Made by a program: the position numbers and the translations under genes. A stretch of 64,000 nt of DNA from an uncultured bacterium. GTDB lineage: Bacteria; Krumholzibacteriota; Krumholzibacteriia; Krumholzibacteriales; Krumholzibacteriaceae. How positions within the stretch are numbered: position 1 is the stretch's first letter; every line of letters begins with the position of its first letter. This document shows, one piece after another, positions 18,075-29,700 of the stretch. The stretch spans positions 96,001-160,000 of the forward strand of contig CAWBAN010000005.1 of the NCBI GenBank assembly GCA_963786935.1, written 5' to 3'. Below the pieces are notes generated by a model, which did no database searches, was not told where the DNA came from, and was given only the letters and a program-made list of their open reading frames with translations.

Positions 18075-20816
18075 TCACGATTTGGATATATCCGCGAGCG
18101 GGCGGAAACCCGGATCGGCTCCGTTCCAGACGGCCTTCGCGCGCCTGAAATAGTCCCGCGCCTTTTCCTCCGATCCGCGAAGCGCGTACGCGCGTCCGAG
18201 GAGCGCCAGCGCCTCGCCGTCCTTTTCGTTGTATGCGACGAGGGCGGTTCCCTCGTCGACGGCCTCGTCGATTTTCCCCGCCTCGATGGCGCCGCGCACG
18301 AAATCCTTCCGGAAGAGGAGATACTCGTGGAGAAACTCCGCCGTGAGCGCCGCGCGCCGGAATTCTTCGAGACTCTCGTCGTAGCGCTTCTCCGCGAGAA
18401 GGATCCATCCGCGCAGATCGTGGTAGTAGCCGGAGGCGCGCGAAACGCCGGACCGGCCAAGGGCGCGGTCGATCGCCTCGAGCTCTCGAGCGGCCCGAGC
18501 GGCGGAGCCGGCGCGGGCGACTGCCGCGCGGCCGAGGAGCCAGCGGGCCTGGATGGAAAGGCTGTCGAGGGCGAGCGCGCGCCCCGCTTCCTTCGCGGCG
18601 CGCTCTTCCTCGCCCCGGGCGAGGAACGCGAGGCCGCGGAAGACGTGCCCCTGCGGTTTCATGGTTCTCGTCGTCCGGTCGATATATTGCTCGAACCATG
18701 CTTGCGCGGAGTCGCATTTGCCCAGCGTCAGCGAAGAGAAACCGAGATCCTGATACGCCCAGTAGTAGTCGGGATCGAGCTCGACGATCTTCTGGTAGCG
18801 CTCGATCGCCTCCTCGCATTCCCCCCGGTAGAAATAGACGCTCGCGATGTCGTGGAGCACGTCGGGCGAGCCGGCGTTCAGCCGGCCGTAATTCTCGAAG
18901 GCGATCATCGCGTCGTCGAACCTTCCCCAATAGAGATAGGCGTTCCCGAGACAGCTGTACGCCTTCGCCCAGCAGCCTGCGAGATTCTGGGGATCGATCT
19001 CGAACACCCGTCGAAGCTGCGTGACCCCCTCGGGGAACTTCTTCTGGAAACGATAGAGAACGTAGCCGAGATCGAGCTGCATGCGGACGTCGTCGGGGGA
19101 GCGAATCAGATGGCTCTTCATGTTCGCGACCGTCTTATCGTAATCCCCCTGAAGGCGCAGCTCGACGATCCATGCCCGCATGAAATCGGATTCGCTGCTC
19201 CGGGCGCATTCCTTTGCCTTCCGCACGCAGGCAAACGCGCGTTTCGGGTCGTGCGAGTAGTCGTACCAGAGCGCGAGGCGCAGGAGCGCCCTGACGAACG
19301 TGGAGTCGAGGAGCACCGCCTCCTCGATGAGCGGAATTCCCCGGGGATCGTTGCTCCGGTACAGCTCCTCCCCCTTCTGGAACGATCGATACGCGGCCTC
19401 CGATTCGGTCGTCGTCGCCGCGGCGAGCCGGGGCTGCACGGCGCCGGGCCGCCACCGGGGCAGGAGCTTCAGCCGTCTGCTCAGCTTGTCCGAGAGCCGG
19501 TCGACCGCGGCGAAGCTGACGGAGGCGCCCGTCTTGAGCCGCACCGATTCCTCGAAGATCATCGTCCGCGCGCTCACGTCGAACACGCGGGCGGCGAGCC
19601 GGACCGCCGCGCCGTCGCGTTCGAGCCGCGGGACGACGAGGATCCGCGCCCGCGCCTGGCGCGATATGAGGAGCGCCGTCGTGTCGTTCACCGCGGCGAT
19701 CCCGAGCAGCCTGCAGATCTCCACGACGCGGTCGCGCGCGACCGGCTTGATGTATTTGTTCTGTCCGAGGTCCGTGGAAAGGAGGTCGGCGATGTAGCTC
19801 GCGTAGCTCGTGTCCGATTCCGCTCTTCCCGCGCCGAGGACCGCGAGCGCAACGGGCTCGGACGCCATGTGGAAGTAGCGCGCGTACGAGAAGGTCAACG
19901 CCGCGACGACCGCCGCCGCCGCGCAGAACGCGAAGACGGTTCTCCGCGAGGGCCGCCGGGATCGCCGCGGCGGGGCGGAGGCCCCGTGCTCCGCCGCGGG
20001 GCGGAGCGCTTCGAGCTGCGCCAGCATCTCCTCCCGCATCTCCGCCGCGGAGGCGTAGCGGTCGCGCGCTTCTTTCTTCAGCGCCTTCGCGATGATGCGG
20101 TCGAGCGCCGGGGGCACCGCGGGATTGATCCGCGAAGGGGGCGCGTACGATTCGTGGACGATCGCGTAGAGCGCCGCCGCCTGATAATCCCCGCCGAAGG
20201 GGAGGCTCCCCGTCAAAAGCTCGTAGAGCACGACGCCGAGAGACCAGATGTCGCTCCGCGGATCGAGCTCGTGCCCCTTCGCCTGCTCGGGGGACATGTA
20301 CTGCACCGTGCCGACCGTCGCCGCGCTCGTGCTGAGCCTCGATGCGTCGGTCAGCTTGGCCAATCCGAAGTCGAGAATCTTGACGTGGCACTTCGAGGAA
20401 ACCATGATGTTGGACGGCTTGACGTCGCGGTGAACGATGCCGGCCCCATGGGCCTCCTCGAGCCCCGCCGCGACCTGGCACGCGATGTCGAGCGCCTCCG
20501 CGATTTCGAGGCGTCCCCGCGCGATCTTCTGGGCGAGCGTCTCGCCGTCGCACCAGGCCATGCAGATGAAGGTGCGTCCGTCCGGCGTCTCCTCGATGCT
20601 GTGCACCGCGCAGATGTTGGGATGATCGAGCTTGGACGCGGCCTGCGCCTCCCGGACGAATCGCTTCATGTTCTCCTCGCCAGGGATCATGCTCTCGGGG
20701 AGGAACTTGAGCGCGACCGGCCGGTTGAGCCTCGTGTCGTGCGCCTTGTACACGACGCCCATGCCCCCGGCGCCGAGCTTTTCGAGAATTTCGTAGTGAA
20801 GAATGTTCTTTTCCAT
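18075..20816 (-). CDS. Membrane Hanks-type Ser/Thr kinase with a TolB-N-like domain and TPR repeats
   Basis: GAGGMGVVY, HRDVKPSN, DFG, YMSPEQ; TM helix; TPR helices such as AYSCLGNAYLYWGRFDDAMIAF. Confidence 0.93.
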   Translation of the reverse strand: MEKNILHYEILEKLGAGGMGVVYKAHDTRLNRPVALKFLPESMIPGEENMKRFVREAQAASKLDHPNICAVHSIEETPDGRTFICMAWCDGETLAQKIARGRLEIAEALDIACQVAAGLEEAHGAGIVHRDVKPSNIMVSSKCHVKILDFGLAKLTDASRLSTSAATVGTVQYMSPEQAKGHELDPRSDIWSLGVVLYELLTGSLPFGGDYQAAALYAIVHESYAPPSRINPAVPPALDRIIAKALKKEARDRYASAAEMREEMLAQLEALRPAAEHGASAPPRRSRRPSRRTVFAFCAAAAVVAALTFSYARYFHMASEPVALAVLGAGRAESDTSYASYIADLLSTDLGQNKYIKPVARDRVVEICRLLGIAAVNDTTALLISRQARARILVVPRLERDGAAVRLAARVFDVSARTMIFEESVRLKTGASVSFAAVDRLSDKLSRRLKLLPRWRPGAVQPRLAAATTTESEAAYRSFQKGEELYRSNDPRGIPLIEEAVLLDSTFVRALLRLALWYDYSHDPKRAFACVRKAKECARSSESDFMRAWIVELRLQGDYDKTVANMKSHLIRSPDDVRMQLDLGYVLYRFQKKFPEGVTQLRRVFEIDPQNLAGCWAKAYSCLGNAYLYWGRFDDAMIAFENYGRLNAGSPDVLHDIASVYFYRGECEEAIERYQKIVELDPDYYWAYQDLGFSSLTLGKCDSAQAWFEQYIDRTTRTMKPQGHVFRGLAFLARGEEERAAKEAGRALALDSLSIQARWLLGRAAVARAGSAARAARELEAIDRALGRSGVSRASGYYHDLRGWILLAEKRYDESLEEFRRAALTAEFLHEYLLFRKDFVRGAIEAGKIDEAVDEGTALVAYNEKDGEALALLGRAYALRGSEEKARDYFRRAKAVWNGADPGFRPLADISKS

Positions 20817-20995
20817 CGCAATGCCGCAAAGCCGCCGCGACGGTTCAAGCCTGGTGCAGGTTGAGTGTGGATTTCCCCTTCCTCTTGAATGTTAACAAAC
20901 AATGACGGGGGCGTCAATTGCGATTTACGGCGGCTCGGCGATACGTCGCGGGCGGGCTTGGGAACGCGCCTGCTTTCCGCCGGCCCGGCGGTCTT

Positions 20996-22498
20996 CTACT
21001 TGATCTTCTCGATCAGGCGCCGGGCCTTCTCGTGGGCGGGATCGATGGCGAGCGCTTCCTCGAGAGCGGCGACCGCCGTCGCCTTGTCGCCGCGCTCCAG
21101 ATGAATCTGCGCGAGCCAGAATCGCGTGTCCGCCGACCGGGGATACGCCTCGAGGTTGAGCTGCATGAGCGCGAAGAGCTCGTCGCTCCGCTCCGGGCCC
21201 CATGATCTCGCGAAGCGCAGCAGACGGCTCTCGTCGAAGATCACGAGCTCGGGATCCCGCGCGCGGAGCTCGTGGAAGAGATTCGCGGCGGCTTCGACGC
21301 CGCGCGTCTCGACGATCTCGTCGAACTGCGCGGCGGTCGGCGGCGCGGGGAGCGCCGCCCGGGACGTCCACGTCGATCCCGCGACGGAGGCCGCTGGAGC
21401 CCGCAGAGCGCTCAGGCTCTCCGCGGAGCCTTTCAGGTACGCGTCGAAGAACACCTTGAGCCGCTCGGCGATCGCTCCCCACGAATCGCTCACCCATCCG
21501 ACCAGCGAGTCCTGCGCGGCCACATGATACTTCGCCACTTCATCGGCGCTGAACTCCCCGTGCTTGAAGCGGGGGATGCGCCACGAGTAGACGTCGGCGT
21601 ACCGCGCGTCGGATCCGAGCGGGAGCACCCGTTCCTCGTCCGCCAGCACGACGTCGAGGAGCGCGGCGCGCAGGTCGCGCGGCACCCACCAATCGAAGGA
21701 CTCCGCGATCGGGCGATACGGCGGCATCGTCGCCGCGCCGTCGAGACAGGCGATCGCGTCGATGCCGAGGTGCTGAATCGCGAAGAGGGGCGCCGTCATC
21801 CCGCCCCAGCTGAAGCCAAGCACACCCATATGGCGTTGGTCGACCCAGGGCTCCTGGCACATGCGGCCGAATACGAAAGCGAGGTCGCCGATCTGCGCGC
21901 GCGCCCCCATGAGGTCGATGCTCACCTCGGGTTCCCGGAGCCCCACGCTCGGAGCGGCCGCCACCACGTATCCGAAGCTCGCGAGATACTCGAACAGCAC
22001 CGCGTTCTCGTACGGGTCGGCGTTGATGCTCGGCGCATAGAGGATGAACGGAAACGGTCCCCGTGCGGGCGCCGCGTCGCGCCGCGCGAGCATCGGGCGG
22101 GCGAGGATCTCATCGAGACGCTTCTCGCTCGCGCCCCAGCGGAGCGGCCGGGCCTTGTATGCTTTCAATACGTCCGCCGCGGGGGCCTTCGGATCGTTCC
22201 CGGCCGAGCCCTGCGCCGCGAGAACGTAGTCCGCATACGCCATCCGCACTCCGCTCGCGCCGGCGGCCGGATACCACACGTGAATCTGGATCGGTCGCGA
22301 GAGCGGGCGAGGGGCAGGCCGCCCGTCGAGGTCGAGGCGCGGCCCGAAACTCCGCGCCGGATCGACGAGCCGGAGCACGCGGTAGCCGACCGCGTGAGGG
22401 CCGGCCGCGGGGCCGAGGAGCGGCGCGTCGGCGGCAATAACCCGAGCGGCGCATGCAAGAGCGAGAAGAGAAATCGTCATAACGCGGCGATAATGCAT
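20996..22498 (-). CDS. Secreted alpha/beta hydrolase (dienelactone hydrolase/PAF-AH-like) with a C-terminal TPR
   Basis: Signal peptide; GPHAVG...IHVWYPA; LASFGYVV; nucleophile elbow GFSWGG; terminal TPR. Confidence 0.85.
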   Translation of the reverse strand: MHYRRVMTISLLALACAARVIAADAPLLGPAAGPHAVGYRVLRLVDPARSFGPRLDLDGRPAPRPLSRPIQIHVWYPAAGASGVRMAYADYVLAAQGSAGNDPKAPAADVLKAYKARPLRWGASEKRLDEILARPMLARRDAAPARGPFPFILYAPSINADPYENAVLFEYLASFGYVVAAAPSVGLREPEVSIDLMGARAQIGDLAFVFGRMCQEPWVDQRHMGVLGFSWGGMTAPLFAIQHLGIDAIACLDGAATMPPYRPIAESFDWWVPRDLRAALLDVVLADEERVLPLGSDARYADVYSWRIPRFKHGEFSADEVAKYHVAAQDSLVGWVSDSWGAIAERLKVFFDAYLKGSAESLSALRAPAASVAGSTWTSRAALPAPPTAAQFDEIVETRGVEAAANLFHELRARDPELVIFDESRLLRFARSWGPERSDELFALMQLNLEAYPRSADTRFWLAQIHLERGDKATAVAALEEALAIDPAHEKARRLIEKIK

Positions 22499-22615
22499 CG
22501 CGATTCTCCTTGGACTTCGAAGGATGATGATCGCGCGGATCCTGATGCCCGCGGTCTTCCGCTTATACAGAGTTGAGGCTTTCCGGGTTCCGGGCGAGGT
22601 CGCGATTTGCGGCGG

Positions 22616-24529
22616 TTACGCCGAGGGCGGGGCGGGAGGGACGCCGAGCTCCTGCGTGGCGATCGTCTGCGCTTTCTGCGCGCGCTTCCGCTGCAGGGCG
22701 TCGAGTATCGCCTTTCGCATCCGGATCGCCTTCGGGGTGATTTCCACGAGCTCGTCCGCGGCGATCCATCCCAGGGCCTGCTCGAGCGACATCTTGCGCG
22801 GCACCTCGATGGTGACCGCGATGTCCTTCGTGGACGAGCGGTGATTGGTCAGGTGCTTGCGTTTGGTCGGATTGCACTCCATGTCGTCGGTGCGCGAGTT
22901 CTCGCCGACGATCTGCCCGGTGTAGACCCGCTCCATCGGCTCCACGAAGATCACCGATCGCTCCTGCAGCGCTTCGATCGAGTAGGCGGTCGTCGGCCCC
23001 GTGGCGATGCTGACGAGCGAGCCGCGGTTGCGCGAGGCGATCTCGCCGCGCCAGGCGCCGTATGCGATGAAACGCGAGGACATGATTCCGAGACCGCGCG
23101 TATCGGTCAGGAACTCGGAGCGGTACCCGATGAGCCCGCGGGTCGGTATCTCGAATTCGATCCGCACGACGGCGGCGCCGGAGTGCTCGACGGATCGCAG
23201 ATCGCCTTTCCGCTTCGCCATCTTCTCGATGATGACTCCCTGGTACTCCCCGGGAACGTCGATGATGAGCTGCTCGATCGGCTCGAGAAGGTTTCCGTCC
23301 GCGTCCCGGTGGGTGATGACCTCGGGGCGGGAGACGCAGAACTCGAGCCCCTCGCGCCGCATCTCCTCGATGAGGATTGCCAGGTGCAGCTCTCCCCGTC
23401 CCATCACCTTCACGCCGTCGGACCGCCCGAGATCCTCCATGCGCATCGCGACGTTCGTGCGAAGCTCCCGGCGCAGGCGCTCCTTCATCTGGCGCAGCAT
23501 GATCGCGGTGCCATCGTTTCCCGAGAAGGGCCCCGTGTTGACGAGGAAGAACATCGACACCGTCGGCTCCTCGATCTCGAGCGGCTTGAGCGCCTCGGCC
23601 GGATCCTCGATGGTCGAGAAGGTGTCCCCGATGCCGATCTCGCCGGGGCCGGCGAGCCAGACGATGTCGCCGGCGCTGATCGTGTCCGCCTCGACCCGCT
23701 CGAGCCCGCGCGTCACCCAGAAGTGCACGCCTTTTTCCTTGGTCGAGCCGGTCACGTCCCAGCCGGCGTTCTGATCGGCTGCGTCCTTCCAGCGCGTGAC
23801 GAAGCGGGTGAACTCGTCCCCCTCGCGGAGCGTGCCGCGCAGCACCCGGCCGCAGCCGATCTGCCCGACGTAATCGCTCCACGCGAGGGTGCTGACCTGC
23901 ATGAGAAACGGGCCGTCCCGATCCACCTTCGGCGGGGAGACGTGCTCGACGATGGTCTCGAAGAGGGCGTCCATTCCCTCGTGCGCGTCCTTCTCCAGGT
24001 CCTTCACGAGCCAGCCGTCGAGCCCCGAGCCGTAGAGCACGGGGAAATGAGCCTGCGCGTCCGTCGCGCCGAGATCGACGAAGAGATCGAACGTCTTGTT
24101 CAGCGTGTGCCCCGGACGGGCGTTCGGGCGATCGACCTTGTTGACGACGACGATCGGGCGCAGGCCGAGCCGAAGGGCGCGCATGAGGACGTATCGGGTC
24201 TGTGGCATCGGCCCTTCGTTGGCGTCGACGAGGAGGAGGACCGAATCGACCATCGAGAGCACCCGCTCGACCTCGCCGGAGAAATCGGCGTGGCCGGGCG
24301 TGTCGATGATGTTGATGAGATACCCGTTCCAGTCGACCGTGCAGTGCTTGGCCCGGATCGTGATGCCTCGCTCGCGCTCGAGGTCGTAGCTGTCCATGAG
24401 CCGTTCGGCGACCTGCTCGTTCTCCCGGAAGGTCCGGGCGGCGCGGAAGATCGAATCGATCAGGGTGGTTTTCCCGTGATCGATATGGGCGATGATCGCC
24501 AGGTTGCGGATATGGTTGACGGTCGTCAT
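22616..24529 (-). CDS. typA: Translational GTPase TypA/BipA
   Basis: [52 protein letters not shown]. Confidence 0.95.
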   Translation of the reverse strand: MTTVNHIRNLAIIAHIDHGKTTLIDSIFRAARTFRENEQVAERLMDSYDLERERGITIRAKHCTVDWNGYLINIIDTPGHADFSGEVERVLSMVDSVLLLVDANEGPMPQTRYVLMRALRLGLRPIVVVNKVDRPNARPGHTLNKTFDLFVDLGATDAQAHFPVLYGSGLDGWLVKDLEKDAHEGMDALFETIVEHVSPPKVDRDGPFLMQVSTLAWSDYVGQIGCGRVLRGTLREGDEFTRFVTRWKDAADQNAGWDVTGSTKEKGVHFWVTRGLERVEADTISAGDIVWLAGPGEIGIGDTFSTIEDPAEALKPLEIEEPTVSMFFLVNTGPFSGNDGTAIMLRQMKERLRRELRTNVAMRMEDLGRSDGVKVMGRGELHLAILIEEMRREGLEFCVSRPEVITHRDADGNLLEPIEQLIIDVPGEYQGVIIEKMAKRKGDLRSVEHSGAAVVRIEFEIPTRGLIGYRSEFLTDTRGLGIMSSRFIAYGAWRGEIASRNRGSLVSIATGPTTAYSIEALQERSVIFVEPMERVYTGQIVGENSRTDDMECNPTKRKHLTNHRSSTKDIAVTIEVPRKMSLEQALGWIAADELVEITPKAIRMRKAILDALQRKRAQKAQTIATQELGVPPAPPSA

Positions 24530-24760
24530 ACGGATACAAACCTCAATAAAAGAAAACCGGGCCCGGCGGACCGAGGCCCGAGTTAGTGCAGACTCGCAGG
24601 AAAATAGTACGTGCGGTCCGGATTTGCAACTCTTTTCTGGCCGCGGTGTTCAATCGTATCGTGTCATGAACCGCTTGACGGCATCCGCGTGACGGCGGAG
24701 ACTGTCGCGAGTCCGGAAGCTTCAGCCCGGGGGGGAGCGCATACGAGGAGGGCGCGTGTA

Positions 24761-26614
24761 ATGAGGGTGTTGTTCGTTTGTATCGGCGCGGCCATCGTTC
24801 TGTGGGCCGGTCCGTGCGCGGCGCAGGACGCCGGCGTGTTCGAGGCGGCTCAGGCGGGAAACGTCGAGCGATTGAAGGCGCTCATCGACGGCTCGCCGGA
24901 GCTCGTCAATGCGGCGAACGAGGAAGGCGATACGCCGCTCCACACCGCGGCGACAGCGCGAAGGACGGACGCCGCGCTGTATCTCATCTGGCGAGGCGCC
25001 GATATCGAGGCGCGGAACTCCGCCGGCCAGACTCCGCTCCTCTACGCGGCGTACGTCGGCGACGCGACGCTCGTGGACACGCTCGTCGCCCGGGGGGCGC
25101 GGTTCGATTATCAGGACGCGCGGGGCAATTCGCCGTTTCATTTCGCCGCGCGGGGAGGGCATGAGGCGATCGTCGAGCTCCTCGCATCGAAGGGAGCGCG
25201 GATCGATCTCAAGGGAAATCAGGGACGGACGCCGCTCTTTCTCGCCGCGATGAACGGCCAGACCGAAATCGTGAAATTCCTCCTCGCCCGCGGCGCCAGG
25301 CCCGAAACGAAAGCCGACGATGGGCAGACGCCCATGACGGTCGCGCTCGCTAACGGGCACGCCGCGGCAGCCGAGGCCTTTCTCGCCGTCGGCGTGCCGA
25401 TCGAGGGGGATGAAGAAGCCCTCAATCGGTTCATGCACCTCGCCGCCGCCGCGGGCAGCGAGAGATTAGTCGACGCCCTGCTCGCGAAGGGCGCGTCCCT
25501 CGACGACGTCGGCGCGGGGGGGAAAACGCTGCTCCACGACGCCGCCATCGGCGGCCTGGCCCCTCTTGCCCGAAGGATGATCGCGCGCGTCGGGATTATC
25601 GACGCCGTGGACGGCGCCGGAAAGACGGCGCTCCATTACGCCGTGCGCGCCGGGCGGCGCGACATCGCCGAGATGCTTCTCGCCGGCGGCGCCGACCCGA
25701 ACATTCCGGACGCGGACGGCAGGACGCCTCTCCATATCGCCGAGGATAACGTGAACGCCGATGTGACGGCGCTTCTGCGGAAGAAGGGCGCCCGCGAAAT
25801 GGAGCGGCGCGTCTGGCGCCTCGAACGCTCATCCGCGCGCGGCGCGGAAGGAGCCGGTGACGTTCCGCTCGACGTCACGTATATCGCGAACGAAGGTTTC
25901 CTGATCGCGCGGGGGGACAAGAAGATCATCATCGACGCCACCCATGTGAATCCATGGAACTATCCGATGACCGGCGATCGGATCTTCTCGATGATGCTCG
26001 AGAGCCGGCCTCCCTTCAACGGTATCGACCTGTCGATCGCCTCGCACGCGCACGCCGACCATACGAATCCGGGGATGACGGTGAAGCTCCTGCAGCGCGT
26101 GCCGGGGATGGCGTATCTTTCGAGCCCGATCGCATGCGATTCCGTGCGTTCCGCCGCCGGGAGCGGTCTCGACGCGATCGCGAAGCGGGTCGTGAGCGTC
26201 GATCCTGAGTGGAAGAAGGTCGTGAAGCTCCGGGAGAACGGCGTCGACGTGGAGTTCTTCGGCGTCAATCACGCTCCCGCCGGCATGGAGCCGTACAAGA
26301 CGCTCGCGACGATCCTCGATCTCGACGGCATTCGTCTCGTGCACATGGCCGACGAGATCGTCGATATGAACGTCGAAATCTACGAGGCCGTCGATCTCGC
26401 GCGGGACGGCATCGATATCGCCTTCGCCGACGCGATGTTTCTCGGGGATTCAACGGGGGTCCGGATCATGCGAGATTTGATTAAACCGGACTGGATCATT
26501 CTCATGCACGCCGGGCCCAGCGAGCTGGACGACGCCGCGGCGCGGCTCATACCGCTCCATCCGAATCTCCTCATCTTCCGGGATCAGCTCGAGCGGAGGA
26601 GGTTCGCTTACTGA
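24761..26614 (+). CDS. Secreted ankyrin-repeat protein fused to a metallo-beta-lactamase-fold domain
   Basis: Signal peptide; repeated GxTPLH.AA ankyrin motifs; TYIANEGFLI...IDA...SHAHADH (HxHxDH). Confidence 0.88.
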   Translation: MRVLFVCIGAAIVLWAGPCAAQDAGVFEAAQAGNVERLKALIDGSPELVNAANEEGDTPLHTAATARRTDAALYLIWRGADIEARNSAGQTPLLYAAYVGDATLVDTLVARGARFDYQDARGNSPFHFAARGGHEAIVELLASKGARIDLKGNQGRTPLFLAAMNGQTEIVKFLLARGARPETKADDGQTPMTVALANGHAAAAEAFLAVGVPIEGDEEALNRFMHLAAAAGSERLVDALLAKGASLDDVGAGGKTLLHDAAIGGLAPLARRMIARVGIIDAVDGAGKTALHYAVRAGRRDIAEMLLAGGADPNIPDADGRTPLHIAEDNVNADVTALLRKKGAREMERRVWRLERSSARGAEGAGDVPLDVTYIANEGFLIARGDKKIIIDATHVNPWNYPMTGDRIFSMMLESRPPFNGIDLSIASHAHADHTNPGMTVKLLQRVPGMAYLSSPIACDSVRSAAGSGLDAIAKRVVSVDPEWKKVVKLRENGVDVEFFGVNHAPAGMEPYKTLATILDLDGIRLVHMADEIVDMNVEIYEAVDLARDGIDIAFADAMFLGDSTGVRIMRDLIKPDWIILMHAGPSELDDAAARLIPLHPNLLIFRDQLERRRFAY

Positions 26615-26768
26615 CGGCATCGCGGCAAACAAACGGCGAGCGCGAGCGCCCCCGCGCCCGGGCATCGTTCTTTTTTTGAAACAAAAACCGCTTCCGTAAG
26701 TATAAACAAATACGGACATTTGTGTATCGTTTCCAGGCTTCGAGTCGTTCACCCGAAAGGAGCGTGCA

Positions 26769-29700
26769 ATGGGCAGGAGGATTCTGTGCCTCATGATCCT
26801 GGGTCTGCTCCTCTTCGCGTCCGCGGCGGTCGCGGCGACGGAGAGCAGGCTTATGCGGTACCCCGACATTTCCGGGGACAAGGTCGTATTCACGCACGGC
26901 GGGGATCTCTGGATCGTGTCCGCGAACGGCGGCACGGCGACGCGGCTCACGTCCCATCCGGGGAGCGAGCGCTTCGCGAAATTCTCTCCGGACGGAAAGA
27001 CGATCGCCTTCACTGGCTTCTACGACGGCAACACCGATCTCTTCACGGTCCCCGTCGGGGGGGGCATTCCGAATCGGCTGACCTATCACCCGATGCCCGA
27101 TGTCTCGCTCGACTGGCATCCCTCGGGGGAGCGGATCCTGTTCCGCTCGATGCGGGAATCCAAGACGAATCCCGGCCCGCGATACGCACGGCTCTACACG
27201 GTGCCGAAGGACGGCGGCATCGTCGAGGCGCTCCCGCTCTTCGAGGGAGAGCTCGCCTCATTCTCGGACGACGCCTCGAAGATAGCCTTCACGAGACTCG
27301 CGACCGAATCGCGGACGTGGAAGCGCTATCGCGGCGGCATGGCGCCGAATATCTGGATGTACGATTTCAAGACGGGAAAGGCCGAGATCCTCGTCGACGC
27401 CGAGGGGACCGACTATTTCCCGATGTGGCGCGGGAACAGCCTGTACTTCATCTCCGACCGCGAGCGGACGTTCAACGTCTACGTTCTCGATCTCGGCACG
27501 AGGAAGGTCCGCAAGCTGACGAACCACGACGAGTACGACGTCAAGTGGCCGAGCATCGGCGGCGATTCGATCGTGTACGAAAACGGCGGATGGCTCTACG
27601 TGCTCGATCTCAAGACCGAGAAGTCGCGCAAGCTCGACATCGTCGTTCCGAGCGAGCTCGCCGAGACGCGGCCGCACTACGAGCGCGTGGCCTCTCTCAT
27701 CAACGCCGGCGATCTCTCGGGCACGGGCAAGCGCGCCGCCTTCGAGGCGCGCGGCGACATATTCACCGTGCCGGGCGAGAAGGGCGACATCAGGAACGTC
27801 ACGCGCACGACGGGCATCCGCGAGCGCGCTCCGGTATTCTCCCCCGATGGGAAGTGGATCGCCTACTTCTCGGACGCGACGGGAGACTACGACATCTATC
27901 TCCGCAAGCCCGACGGCACGGGGGACGAGGTGCGCGTTACCACGGGCATCGCGCACTTTCCGTTCCGGATGAGCTGGTCCCCCGACAGCAAGAAGCTCGC
28001 GTTCTACGACGAGACGTTCCGGCTGTACTACGTCGATGTGGACGCGAAGAAGGTCCAGACGGTCGACGAGGATCCGTGGGCGGATCTCGCGGACTACGCG
28101 TGGTCGACCGACAGCAAATGGATCGTCTATTCCAAGGGCGGCGACAACGGGAACAGCGCGATCCATTTCTACTCCCTCGGGGATAAGAAATCGCGCCAGG
28201 TGACGAGCGGCCTCTACAACGATTTCAACCCCTGCTTTTCGCCCGACGGCAAGTACCTCTACTTCATTTCGAACAGGGCGACGGCTTTCCAGTTCAACAG
28301 CTACGATTATGACATCCACTACGTTTATCCGAACGTCGTCTGCGCGGTGACGCTCAAGGCGGACACGCCTTCGCCGCTCGCTCCGGAGAGCGACGAGGTC
28401 GAAGTGAAGGAAGAGAAGAAGGACGACGAGGGGAAGGACGCCGACAAGAAGGACGATAAGAAGGACAAGAAGGACGACAAGAAGAAAGACGCCGCGGACG
28501 AGAAGAAGGACGCGGACAAGAAAGACGCCGACAAAAAAGACGAGCTCGTCGTCGATTTCGACGGCTTCGAGGCGCGCATCGTCGGGCTTCCCGTCGGCAT
28601 GGGGAACTTCGGCGGCCTCTACCCGGCCGAGGGCAAGCTCTACTACGCCGACGTCCCGAGCGGCACGATCGGAGCGGCGGGCGACGAGGACGCGCAGCAG
28701 GGCTTCGACCTCAAGTTCTTCGATCTCGAGAAGCGCGAGTCGAAAACGGCCCTGAGCGGGATCACGAACTATACGTTCTCCGCGGACGGGAAGAAGATCC
28801 TGTACCAGGCGCGCCAGACGTACGGCATCGTCGACGCCGGCGAGGGCAAGAAGGTCGGCGACGGCACGATCGCGACGGGCGATCTCGAGATGAAGGTCGA
28901 TCCGCCGGCCGAGTGGAAGCAGATGTTCATGGAGGCCTGGCGTCTCGAGCGCGATTTCTTCTACGTGAACAACATGCACGGGGTCGATTGGAACAAGATG
29001 CGGAGCAGGTACGGGGATCTCCTGCCCTACCTCACGAGCCGCGACGACCTGAACTACATCATCGGCGAGCTCATCTCGGAGCTGAACGCCGGGCACGCCT
29101 ACGTGGGCGGCGGGGACTATCCGACGCTCCAGCCGGTCGGCACGGGGCTTCTCGGGTGCGACTTCGAGGCCGACAAGGCGAGCGGCCGCTATCGCTTCAC
29201 GAAGATCTACGACGGGCGCAACTGGGACGCCCAGTTCACGGGTCCGCTCAGCCAGCCGGGCATCAACGTGAAGGCGGGAGACTATATCCTCGCCATCAAC
29301 GGCGTCGAGCTGAAGTATCCGGCGGACCCGCTCGCGCTCCTCGAGAACCGCGCCGGCAAGCAGACCGTGATCAAGGTCTCGAAGACCGCCGACGGCAAGG
29401 ACGCGCGCGAGGTCACCGTCGAGCCGGTCCCGAGCGACATCAACATCAGGTACGCCGACTGGGTCGAATCGAACCGGCTCAAGGTGTTCGAAGCCTCGGG
29501 CGGCCGCATCGGCTACGTTCACGTGCCGAACACGGCGACCGAGGGGCTCATGGAGTTCGCGAAGCTCTTCTACGGCCAGGCGAACCTCGACGGTATCGTC
29601 ATCGACGAGCGCTGGAACAGCGGCGGCTGGATGCCGTCGCTGTTCGTCGACCGCCTCGCGCGGAAGCCGTCGAGCTACTGGGCGCTGCGGCATTTCAAAC

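Noticed and set aside
28407..28543. Tandem repeats as a possible CRISPR or contingency locus
   Set aside because: In-frame degenerate K/D linker typical of tricorn homologs, with no repeat-spacer structure.
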